Shown: positions 9,929-20,082, numbered from the stretch's first letter. The stretch is 63,856 bases of DNA from a bacterium (GCA_021824605.1 JAKAKH010000007.1:1-63856); one strand, 5' to 3'. The notes: generated by a model from the letters alone, not told the origin. Numbers and translations: made by a program.

Positions 9929-10084
9929 GAAACCCATTTCAACCCCCCGTCCTCCCCGCGAGAGGTATGCGGCAGAAAGAGGCTTACGGAGCGCGACGGC
10001 GCGAGTACGAGCCGCTTTTTCAGCAGAAAAAGACGGCGTACTCCTTTCTGTCGCATACCCGAGCGGGGGATTGAAGTGGGTTTC
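9929..10084 (+). other. 156-nt imperfect palindrome that folds as a three-way junction, between two minor-pilin genes
   Basis: Three helices are visible. S1 pairs 9929-9948 with 10065-10084 (19 bp plus one bulge). S2 pairs 9964-9979 with 10044-10059 (16 bp, one G-U). S3 pairs 10003-10020 with 10027-10043. A small GCGC/GCGC hairpin lies at 9991-10002. Confidence 0.7.
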
Positions 10085-10662
10085 AGGGAACAAAACATAT
10101 TCCGCGGCTTCACACTCATTGAAGCCATGATTGCCGTAAGCATCCTTGCGCTTGCGGTTGCAGGGCCTCTGTTCGGCGCGAATCGCGCTATCGTTGCTGC
10201 GGAAGGCGCGCGCTACCAGCTCACCGCTTCTTATCTCGCGCAAGAAGGCGTCGAGTACGTGCGCGCGATGCGCGATGATGAGTATCTCCTCGCGTATCAG
10301 GCGGGCGGCACGAACACTTCAAGCGCCGCCTGGACCGACTTCCTTACCGGAACGGACAGCGCGGCCATCACCCAGTGTCAATCGATGGCCTGCACGCTCG
10401 ATCCGGCGCTTCCGATGGGAACCGGAAGCGGGTTCTCGCTCAACCCCTGTTCGGGCAGCGCCTGTACCCCGCTCTATCTTGCGAACAACGGCACCACGAA
10501 CTACTACACTGAGCAGAGCGGTAACGGTGCAGTAGTGCAGCCATTCACGCGCACGATACAAGCGTTCACGGTCTCTTCCACCGAAGAGCGCATCGTCTCG
10601 ACCGTGGCGTGGAATTTTCACGGTATCCCGTACACGGTTACGGTGATCGACCACCTTACGTC

Positions 10663-10672
<10 letters not shown>
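10076..10672 (+). CDS. minor pilin / pseudopilin (start uncertain: GTG 10076 or ATG 9902)
   Basis: GFTLIEAMIAVSILALAV is a prepilin motif. GTG 10076 gives a normal 10-aa leader, with GGGGGA 5 nt upstream. ATG 9902 would give a 68-aa leader translated through the palindromic element. Confidence 0.7.
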
Positions 10673-13214
<2,542 letters not shown>

Positions 13215-13226
13215 TAGAGTGCGGTG

Positions 13227-13520
13227 ATGGCAACGGCAGAAGAAGTAAAGAAGCTCGCGGCCCTCGCGCGCATCTCCTTGCCCGATGGAGAACTCGAAAA
13301 ATTCGCGAGTGAATTCGATGCGATCCTCGCCTACGTCGGACAGCTCGAGTCGCTCGATATCGCGCAGAGTTCTGCGAAAGAGAAGCCGCCGCTCCGCAAC
13401 GTCATGCGCGCGGACGGCGCGCCGCACGAAGGGGGCGTTTACACCGAAAAGCTTGCCGCGCAGTTTCCCGCGCGCGACGGCGACGCGCTTTCGGTAAAGC
13501 AGGTCATCCGCCATGACTAA
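13227..13520 (+). CDS. gatC: Asp/Glu-tRNA(Asn/Gln) amidotransferase subunit C
   Basis: About 97 aa with a typical GatC N-terminus (EEVKKLAALARISLPDGELEKF). It overlaps gatA by 8 nt. Confidence 0.88.
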   Translation: MATAEEVKKLAALARISLPDGELEKFASEFDAILAYVGQLESLDIAQSSAKEKPPLRNVMRADGAPHEGGVYTEKLAAQFPARDGDALSVKQVIRHD

Positions 13521-14946
13521 GCTGAATGAACTGACGATAGCGGAAGCGGCCCGCGCGCTGCGCGCGCGGGAGTTCACCGTGCAGGCGTTATGGGACGCGT
13601 GCGCGGCCGCGGCGGCCGCGCGCAATCCGGAACTAAACGCATTTCTTGAGATTTTCGATGCCGATGATGCGGCAATTGCCGCGGCACAAAAGCGTATCGA
13701 TACTGATGGCTCCGCCGCGCCGCTCCTCTGCGGCATCCCGCTCGCGATGAAGGACAATATCCTGATAGAAGGAAAGATTGCGAGCGCCGGTTCCAGGATG
13801 CTTGAGAATTATCGCGCGACGTACGACGCGACTGTCGTGAAGAAGCTGAAAGAAGCAGGAGCACTTTTCCTCGGACGCACCAATATGGACGAGTTCGCGA
13901 TGGGTTCTTCGACCGAACATTCCGCATACGGTCCGACAAAAAATCCGCATGATACGCATCGCGTGCCCGGCGGCTCCTCCGGCGGCTCCGCCGCCGCCGT
14001 TGCCGCGCACCTCGCGATTGCGGCGCTCGGCTCAGACACCGGCGGCTCCATTCGCCAGCCGGCCGCGCACACCGGACTCGTGGGATTGAAGCCGACCTAC
14101 GGCGCTGTCTCGCGTTCGGGACTCATAGCGATGGGTTCTTCGCTCGATCAGATAGGCCCTCTCGCAAAGACAGTGGAGGATGCGCGCCTCCTCTACGAGG
14201 CTATCGCTGGGCGCGATCCGCTTGACGCGACGACGATTCCCGCCGGTCTCTACCCGGCACGTAGCATCCCCGAGAAATTCCGCATCGGCGTACCGCGGCA
14301 CCTTCTGGAAAAAGGGGTCGATGCCGACCTGCGCGCCGCGTTTGATGCGTCACTGGAGCGATTGAAAGACGCCGGACATACGCTTATCGACATAGAGTTG
14401 CCGATGAGCGCCTACGCGCTCGCGGCGTATTACGTCCTCATGCCTGCAGAAGTCTCGACCAATCTCGCGCGGCTCGACGGCATCCGTTACGGGCACGCGG
14501 TGCGCGGCGAGACACTGCTCGACGACTATCTTCTTTCGCGTACAAGCGGATTCGGGAAAGAAACGCTTCGCCGCATTTTGCTCGGCACCTTCGTGCTGTC
14601 ATCCGGCTACATCGACGCGTATTACTACAAAGCGGACGCCGCGCGCCGCGTGTTGCGTCGCGAATACGAAAAAGCGTTTGGAAAAGCCGACATCGTCGCT
14701 TTCCCGACGACGCCATCGCCGGCATTCGCTCTCGGTGAAAAGAGTGATCCGCTTTCGATGTATCTCGAAGACATTTTCACAGCGACTGCAAACCTGACCG
14801 GCATGCCGGCGCTTTCCGTTCCGATGGGTTTTGTGGAGCGTGCAGGGAAACAGCTGCCTATCGGTATGCATTTCACCGCGCCAAATCAGGCAGAGGACAC
14901 GCTTTTCGTCCTCGGCACCGCAGTGGAGAAAGCGCGCGGCGCCTAG
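13513..14946 (+). CDS. gatA: Asp/Glu-tRNA(Asn/Gln) amidotransferase subunit A
   Basis: 477 aa with the amidase signature GGSSGGSAAAVA and a Ser-cisSer-Lys context. Confidence 0.93.
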   Translation: MTKLNELTIAEAARALRAREFTVQALWDACAAAAAARNPELNAFLEIFDADDAAIAAAQKRIDTDGSAAPLLCGIPLAMKDNILIEGKIASAGSRMLENYRATYDATVVKKLKEAGALFLGRTNMDEFAMGSSTEHSAYGPTKNPHDTHRVPGGSSGGSAAAVAAHLAIAALGSDTGGSIRQPAAHTGLVGLKPTYGAVSRSGLIAMGSSLDQIGPLAKTVEDARLLYEAIAGRDPLDATTIPAGLYPARSIPEKFRIGVPRHLLEKGVDADLRAAFDASLERLKDAGHTLIDIELPMSAYALAAYYVLMPAEVSTNLARLDGIRYGHAVRGETLLDDYLLSRTSGFGKETLRRILLGTFVLSSGYIDAYYYKADAARRVLRREYEKAFGKADIVAFPTTPSPAFALGEKSDPLSMYLEDIFTATANLTGMPALSVPMGFVERAGKQLPIGMHFTAPNQAEDTLFVLGTAVEKARGA

Positions 14947-14970
14947 CGCATCTCGTCTATACTGAAAGCG

Positions 14971-15555
14971 ATGCCCACCACTCCCGCTACGCAGCTAAAC
15001 GTCGAGTATTTTTTCCGCCTCCTGTACGATCTTTTCTATGGTACGCATGCGCCGGCAAACTATTCGGTGTTTCAGACTTTTCTCGCACACCTCTGGCTCT
15101 GGATCATCATCGTCGGCTACGCACTCTCGGTCATAGGACTTTTCGTCATTGTGTACGCCATGATACGTCTTTTCGAGCTTCGCGAGCGTGAAGAGGAACA
15201 GTACGGCACACTGCTTCTTGCACCGGAGACGGAGGGCGGCATGAACCGTCGCTGGCTGCACATCGAGTCGCTCGGGAATGGCGCAAACGCAAGCGCATGG
15301 CGCGAGGCGATTATCGAAGCCGATATCATGCTTGACGACATGCTCACCGAACAGGGGTATGCGGGCGAGGGCGTCGGCGAGAAGCTTAAAGCAGTCGAAC
15401 CGGCAGATTTCAATACGCTCCAGGACGCATGGGAGGCGCACAAAGTGCGCAATCAGATAGCGCATGAAGGTTCCGCTTTTGCTCTTTCCGAAACCCTCGC
15501 CCGCCGCACCCTCGCCCGCTACGAATCCGTCTTTCGCGAGTTCAAAATCATCTAA
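14971..15555 (+). CDS. hypothetical membrane protein
   Basis: 194 aa with one or two TM helices followed by a helical soluble domain. I recognise no family. Confidence 0.5.
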   Translation: MPTTPATQLNVEYFFRLLYDLFYGTHAPANYSVFQTFLAHLWLWIIIVGYALSVIGLFVIVYAMIRLFELREREEEQYGTLLLAPETEGGMNRRWLHIESLGNGANASAWREAIIEADIMLDDMLTEQGYAGEGVGEKLKAVEPADFNTLQDAWEAHKVRNQIAHEGSAFALSETLARRTLARYESVFREFKII

Positions 15556-15561
15556 AAAAAG

Positions 15562-15589
15562 TTGCAAGACGTTCCAAAATCGCTATAAT
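15562..15589 (+). promoter_or_regulatory. sigma-70-type promoter of tRNA-Met (TTGCAA-16 nt-TATAAT)
   Basis: TTGCAA lies at 15562-15567 and TATAAT at 15584-15589. The tRNA 5' end is 10 nt downstream. Confidence 0.75.
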
Positions 15590-15598
15590 GTGGTGCAT

Positions 15599-15669
15599 AG
15601 CGGGGTAGAGGAGAGGTACCTCGGGAGGCTCATAACCTCCAGACGCCGGTTCGATTCCGGCCCCCGCAA
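15599..15669 (+). tRNA. tRNA-Met (CAT), initiator-like acceptor end, CCA not encoded
   Basis: I folded it by hand as a cloverleaf. The acceptor is AGCGGGG/CCCCGCA with an A1-A72 mismatch. The D arm is GAGG-AGAGGTA-CCTC, the anticodon arm is GGAGG-CTCATAA-CCTCC, the variable region is 4 nt, and the T arm is GCCGG-TTCGATT-CCGGC. Confidence 0.85.
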
Positions 15670-15958
15670 CACGGTTGTGACGCCAGGAACTAGTACCGAC
15701 AGGCATCAAAGTTAGTACTGTACCGCTCAGGGTGTTCACCAGAAAAAGCTCGCAAATACAATGCGAGCTTTTTCTGTTACGCAGCAAGTTCAACATATTT
15801 CCAGTTCGATTCCTTTTCTCGTATTCGGTGATGTTTTGTGTCGCAATCACATCAAAATCAACTCGATTCTGAGCAGGGGCGCTGGAATCGAACCGACAAA
15901 AGCCACTGAATACACCAGTTTCTGATTTCTCACCCCCTCGAGGGGGGCGAGAAATCAG
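15661..15958 (+). repeat. copy 1 of a roughly 300-bp direct repeat that starts inside the 3' end of tRNA-Met
   Basis: It aligns with 18624-18915 (offset 2963). The first roughly 65 nt are near-identical. A terminator follows at the same position, then a roughly 180-nt segment at roughly 75-80 percent identity by eye. Confidence 0.8.
15741..15776. terminator. bidirectional rho-independent terminator (A-tract, 9-bp stem, T-tract)
   Basis: AGAAAAAGCTCGCA aatacaa TGCGAGCTTTTTCT. Confidence 0.8.
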
Positions 15959-15964
15959 TTCATG

Positions 15965-15973
15965 TGGTAGAAT
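15965..15973 (+). promoter_or_regulatory. possible extended -10 element (TGgTAGAAT) upstream of ppa
   Basis: This is a sequence match only. No convincing -35 is present, and it lies 90 nt upstream of the ppa start. Confidence 0.3.
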
Positions 15974-16063
15974 TTCTCTATCTCAATAGGCGATGAGGCT
16001 CGCCGTATAACCGCTTGAAAGAGCTGATAGCTTCTACGGATTATCAGTTTTTATCTATTCCGT

Positions 16064-16570
16064 ATGAAGCCATTGTCAGCAGGAAAGAATCCACCGCACG
16101 AGATCGATGTGTACATCGAGATACCGCAGGGCTCGTCGGTGAAATATGAGCTCGACAAGGAGCTCGACGTCGTCCGTGTGGATCGCTTCCTACACACCTC
16201 GATGCAGTACCCGTTCAACTACGGCTTCATACCCGCGACGCACGCCGAGGACGGCGACCCGGCCGATGTCCTGCTCCTGTCCTCATTGCCAATAGTTCCT
16301 GGGGTCATCGTGAGCGCCCGTCCGATAGGCGTGCTTGAAATGGAGGACGAAGCCGGACCGGACAACAAGATACTCGCCGTACCGCTCGAGAAGATCGACC
16401 CTGACCTCGCACACATCAAAGACGCTCAGGATCTGAGCGAGCATGTGAAGCGGCGCATCAAACACTTCTTCGAGAGCTATAAGCAGCTTGAGAATGGGAA
16501 GTGGGTCAAGACCGGTGAGTTCCTGGGTAAGATGGAGGCTGAAGCAGAGATAAGGAAGTCGCTCGGCTGA
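16064..16570 (+). CDS. ppa: inorganic pyrophosphatase, family I
   Basis: 168 aa with a YELDKE...DRFL...YPFNYGFIPATHAEDGDPADVLLL signature region. Confidence 0.92.
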   Translation: MKPLSAGKNPPHEIDVYIEIPQGSSVKYELDKELDVVRVDRFLHTSMQYPFNYGFIPATHAEDGDPADVLLLSSLPIVPGVIVSARPIGVLEMEDEAGPDNKILAVPLEKIDPDLAHIKDAQDLSEHVKRRIKHFFESYKQLENGKWVKTGEFLGKMEAEAEIRKSLG

Positions 16571-16571
16571 C

Positions 16572-16778
16572 GTGGCGGGACTCTTTCTTATCATCGGTCT
16601 CGTCTTCGCGCCGCTTGCGGGAGCAATCGCATTCCTCATCACGTTCCAGGAATACCGCAAACATCGCTTTTCGGGTAAACCGCTCTATCAGGCTGCCCTT
16701 AGAGCCGGGCTTTTGACATTCGCGTTCTTCCTCCTGCTCGCGCTCGCACTTGGCTATGCACTTCCCTTCATCGTATGA
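16572..16778 (+). CDS. small two-TM membrane protein
   Basis: 68 aa with a GTG start 2 nt after the ppa stop and two hydrophobic helices. No family is recognised. Confidence 0.45.
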   Translation: MAGLFLIIGLVFAPLAGAIAFLITFQEYRKHRFSGKPLYQAALRAGLLTFAFFLLLALALGYALPFIV

Positions 16779-16900
16779 GAAGAGTTGGCGTAAACGGCAC
16801 CCGATCCGGGAATTCTTACTCACGCTTATTGTCTGCGCCGTGCTTCTGTTCCCGCGTATTCCGCCACGTTGACGCATAAGCTATAATTCACTGAAACGAT

Positions 16901-17353
16901 ATGGATACGCTCGCAATCTTTGGTGCAAAATATCTCTACCTATTCGCCGTAGCGATTGCCGCCGGATATTTTCTTCTGTCAGACAGGAAGAAGGAAATAG
17001 CGATCTTCTCCATTCTTGATTTGGCGGCCGTATACGTAACCGGGCTCTTAGGGAGCGCTTTGTACTACAATCCGCGCCCGTTCGTTTCAGAACACATAAC
17101 GCCTCTCATATCCCATGCTGCCGACAACGGATTTCCTTCCGACCACACGCTTCTTGTCGCGGCGCTCGCGAGCATCTTGTATTGTTATAACCGCGTCTTG
17201 GGCATTGTCGTCTTTGCTATCGCGATCCTGGTCGGTGCATCCCGGGTGTTTGCGGGCATCCACCACTCGATCGATATCATCGGTTCTCTCGGTATTGCCA
17301 TCGCGGTGACGCTCGTCGTGTATAGAATGGCCAGAAAACGCTTTTTTGCCTGA
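16901..17353 (+). CDS. PAP2-family lipid phosphatase (undecaprenyl-diphosphate/phosphatidate phosphatase-like)
   Basis: The PAP2 motifs PSDHT and SRVFAGIHHSIDI are present in a polytopic 150-aa protein. Confidence 0.82.
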   Translation: MDTLAIFGAKYLYLFAVAIAAGYFLLSDRKKEIAIFSILDLAAVYVTGLLGSALYYNPRPFVSEHITPLISHAADNGFPSDHTLLVAALASILYCYNRVLGIVVFAIAILVGASRVFAGIHHSIDIIGSLGIAIAVTLVVYRMARKRFFA

Positions 17354-17357
17354 GATC

Positions 17358-18545
17358 ATGGAACAAGCGGAAAAGAAACGTCCGGGCAATGTGTTCTATA
17401 TCGGACTCCTGAGCTTCTTCGGCGGCATAAGCCAGGACATGTTCGTGCCGATCCTGCCGCTGTATCTCGCGAACGTTCTCGGTTTTGACAAGGCGTTCAT
17501 CGGCATCTCCGAAGGGCTCGTTACAAGCGGCGTCGCAATCTTCCGTTTCGTAGCCGGGTTCCTCTCCGACCGATTCGGCAAGAAGAAACCCATCGTTTTC
17601 ATTGGATACTTCTTCTCGCTTGTCGCAAGACCTCTCCTGGCGCTCGCGTCGATCGGGGGCGCCATTCTCGGTCTGCGCCTCCTCGACGGCATCGGCAAGG
17701 GGATGAAGGATTCGCCCAAGGATGCGCTCATTGCCGACTCTACCGACTCGCACGGGCGCGGCAAAGGATTCGGGATCGCCCGCGCGCTCGATACGCTCGG
17801 GTCTGTCGCGGGGCCTCTCATTCTCTTCGGACTCCTCTACCTCCTCCAAGGGAATGCACTCAAGTATCACATCATCCTCTTTCTTTGCGCGATCCCGCTC
17901 CTCGTGACGCTCGCGGTTCTCGTCTTTAAAGTCAGAGAGGTACCGACACAAACAAAGGAGCTCGACGCCCCGGCTGCCTTCACTCTCCCACGGCGGTTCT
18001 ACGTGTTCCTTGGCATCGTGCTGTTGTTCAGTATCGGCAACTCCTCCGACGCCTTCCTCATCTTGCGTGCGCAGAATCTTGGTGTCGTGCTTCTCGTCAT
18101 TCCGCTCGTCTATGCGCTCTTCAATTTCGTGTACGCGAGCGCGTCCATACCGCTCGGAAGCCTTTCCGACCGCATCGGGCGTGAGAAAGTTATCCTGCTC
18201 GGATGGGCCGCTTACGCGCTTGCGTACCTCGGATTCGCAAAGGCAGACGCCGCGTGGCAGGTCTGGGCACTCTTCGCGTTCTATGGCCTCTACTATGCGA
18301 CGACCGAGGGTGTCGCCAAGGCGTTTGTTGCCGATATGGTGTCGCCAGAGCGGCGCGGGCGCGCTTATGGAATCTATAACACCGCTGTCGGGCTCATCGC
18401 GCTCCCCGCGAGCTACATTGCCGGGCTTCTCTGGGACCGCATAAGTCCGGCCGCCCCGTTCTATTTCGGCGCTTCGTTTGCGATCGCCGCGTGTGTCGCA
18501 CTAGTATTGTTTTTATGGCTCTCGCCAAAAAGTCACGCTGAATGA
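17358..18545 (+). CDS. MFS transporter
   Basis: About 395 aa with 12 predicted TM segments and an MFS loop motif (GFLSDRFGKKKP, and again LSDRIGREK). Confidence 0.85.
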   Translation: MEQAEKKRPGNVFYIGLLSFFGGISQDMFVPILPLYLANVLGFDKAFIGISEGLVTSGVAIFRFVAGFLSDRFGKKKPIVFIGYFFSLVARPLLALASIGGAILGLRLLDGIGKGMKDSPKDALIADSTDSHGRGKGFGIARALDTLGSVAGPLILFGLLYLLQGNALKYHIILFLCAIPLLVTLAVLVFKVREVPTQTKELDAPAAFTLPRRFYVFLGIVLLFSIGNSSDAFLILRAQNLGVVLLVIPLVYALFNFVYASASIPLGSLSDRIGREKVILLGWAAYALAYLGFAKADAAWQVWALFAFYGLYYATTEGVAKAFVADMVSPERRGRAYGIYNTAVGLIALPASYIAGLLWDRISPAAPFYFGASFAIAACVALVLFLWLSPKSHAE

Positions 18546-18581
18546 CGGGTGCCGGAATCGAACCGAAGTCGTAAAGAAAAT

Positions 18582-18632
18582 AGCGAGGGATTATGCGGCG
18601 AACGGAGGTGAAGTCAATTCCTGCCCCCGCAA
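18582..18632 (+). pseudogene. degenerate, internally shortened copy of the tRNA-Met gene
   Basis: ATAGCGAGGG...GTCAATTCCTGCCCCCGCAA aligns with the 5' and 3' ends of the tRNA at 15599-15669. Only about 50 nt remain and it cannot form a cloverleaf. Confidence 0.5.
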
Positions 18633-18915
18633 CACGGTTGTGACGCCAGGAACCAGTACCGACAGGCATCAAAATTGGTACTGTTCCGGCGCCCCTAAAA
18701 GACCAAAAACCCGCGTATTTCCATACGCGGGTTTTTGGGTTATGTAGCAAATACAACAAATAGCCAGTTCGATTCCAACTCTCGTATTCGAAGCAGTTCT
18801 GTGTCGCAATCACACGAAAATCAATCCGATTTTGAGCATGGGCGCGGGAATCGAACCGGCAGGGGCCAATGAATACGCCGGTTCTATATTCCTGCCCTCG
18901 TAAGGGAGCAGGAAG
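18624..18915 (+). repeat. copy 2 of the tRNA-linked roughly 300-bp direct repeat
   Basis: See 15661-15958. Confidence 0.8.
18703..18739. terminator. bidirectional rho-independent terminator (different sequence, same position as in copy 1)
   Basis: CCAAAAACCCGCGTA tttcca TACGCGGGTTTTTGG. Confidence 0.8.
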
Positions 18916-18974
18916 TTATCGGGAAATATGACCTAAAACTGAGAAGCAACAGAGAGAATCTCTCTAGATATATA

Positions 18975-19002
18975 TTGATTATTTATATTTGTGTGATACA
19001 AT
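18975..19002 (+). promoter_or_regulatory. promoter of the ATP-grasp/precursor operon (TTGATT-16 nt-TACAAT with TGn extension)
   Basis: TTGATT lies at 18975-18980, TGa at 18994-18996 and TACAAT at 18997-19002. The RBS AAAGGAGA follows at 19023-19030. Confidence 0.6.
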
Positions 19003-19037
19003 TTCACGCGGAAGTTAAATTGAAAGGAGAATTGATC

Positions 19038-20033
19038 ATGAACGAGTGGATTGCAATTGTGTCGTATTCGACAGACCTGCATGCCGAGCATGTTTTGAAG
19101 AGCTTGGTGAGTCAGGGCGCTAAGCCCGTCTTACTGGACCTTGGCGAATATCCTGAGGGAATTCAGATATCGGTCGGGCTAAATAGCGAAGCTCATACAA
19201 GCGTTTCTTTCGAGGTTCGAGGTGAAATCTTGCATGGAGAAGATCTTAAAAGCGTGTGGTGGCGGAGGCCTCTCGGCGCTTATCAGGATGAGTGCGTGGA
19301 TCTTCAGCGTCGATATATTGCTAGCGAGGGAGAAGCTATTACAAGGTCCTTATCGGATCTCTTACCTGCAGCTCACTGGATCTCTGATCCCGACGCAACG
19401 CGAGTTGCCGGCCGTAAGCCAAAGCAACTCGCGCTCGCCGCTAATCTTGGATTCCGTGTTCCTGATTCACTGGTCAGTAATTCGGCTATTGCGATTGAGA
19501 AATTTCTCGATCGCAATGGTGATCGTCCGATTATCTTGAAGGCTGTCAATAGCGCCTTCATTCGTCTCAATCCGAAAGCTCGGGACGATGAAGGTGTGAA
19601 TCGGGTGGTGTATACCAAGCTCGTGCAGCCAGATTTCATCCGTCTGCATCTCTCAAATATTGCCGTATGCCCGTTTATCGTGCAGGAGGCGATATTCAAG
19701 ACTGAAGATATTCGAGTAACCGTTGTCGGAGACGAAGTTTTCGCGATGGGTATCCGGACAAAAATGAAAATCGGCGATGAGCTCGTGGTCGACTGGCGAA
19801 AGATGGATGCAGACCGCGATTATTTCCGGCACGAATTACCGGACGCTGTCGCGGATCTTTGTAGGAAGATAACACAGGAGCTTGGTCTTAAGTTCGGGTG
19901 CATCGACCTGGCCTATTCCGAAGATAATGGATACACGTTCTTCGAAATTAATCCGCAAGGGCAATGGCTTACGTCTGAAGTTCTGCTTAAGTTTCCGATT
20001 ACGGCCGCATTGACCGCACTCTTGCTTAGTTGA
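19038..20033 (+). CDS. ATP-grasp peptide ligase of the microviridin MdnB/MdnC (graspetide macrocyclase) type
   Basis: 331 aa from the ATG at 19038, which has an RBS 7 nt upstream. Landmarks match MdnC-type ligases as I recall them: SVWWRR, KPKQLALAANLGFRVPDS, CPFIVQEAIFKTEDIRVTVVG, DWRK, FGCIDL and FFEINPQGQW. Confidence 0.8.
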   Translation: MNEWIAIVSYSTDLHAEHVLKSLVSQGAKPVLLDLGEYPEGIQISVGLNSEAHTSVSFEVRGEILHGEDLKSVWWRRPLGAYQDECVDLQRRYIASEGEAITRSLSDLLPAAHWISDPDATRVAGRKPKQLALAANLGFRVPDSLVSNSAIAIEKFLDRNGDRPIILKAVNSAFIRLNPKARDDEGVNRVVYTKLVQPDFIRLHLSNIAVCPFIVQEAIFKTEDIRVTVVGDEVFAMGIRTKMKIGDELVVDWRKMDADRDYFRHELPDAVADLCRKITQELGLKFGCIDLAYSEDNGYTFFEINPQGQWLTSEVLLKFPITAALTALLLS

Positions 20034-20082
20034 AGTTTCTGGCCGTATACGGTATAAGACATGGAGAAAGGAGGTGATCAAA

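Noticed and set aside
9902-10075. ATG 9902 as the start of the third minor pilin, giving a 68-aa leader.
   Set aside because: Prepilin leaders in this locus are 7-10 aa, and the extension is exactly the palindromic element. I keep it as an alternative because the ATGA overlap with the upstream gene is typical of this operon.
15548-15850. A 100-aa minus-strand ORF, together with its apparent homologue at 18394-18813 (shared MIATQN...LMPVGT.SWRHNRVAGAGI).
   Set aside because: The similarity comes from the DNA direct repeat. Both ORFs run antisense through the tRNA or pseudo-tRNA and through bidirectional terminators, so they are not credible genes.
15802-15895. GGTTCGATTCC-like T-loop motifs (also at 18547-18565, 18765-18776 and 18847-18858) that might have been additional tRNA genes on either strand.
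   Set aside because: I could not build acceptor, D or anticodon arms around any of them. The T-stems have central mismatches in both copies. I treat them as tRNA-derived fragments or parts of another structure.
15779-15958. Assigning the conserved repeat segment to a named ncRNA family (tmRNA, RNase P RNA, SRP RNA or 6S RNA).
   Set aside because: No tmRNA tag or tRNA-Ala-like ends are present, and the RNase P P4 and SRP domain IV motifs are absent. 6S RNA has no fixed sequence motif, so it can be neither confirmed nor excluded by eye.
16024-16052. A CTGATA...TATCAG hairpin followed by TTTTT just upstream of ppa, as a possible terminator or attenuator.
   Set aside because: The stem is only 6 bp with a 13-nt loop, which is too weak to call.
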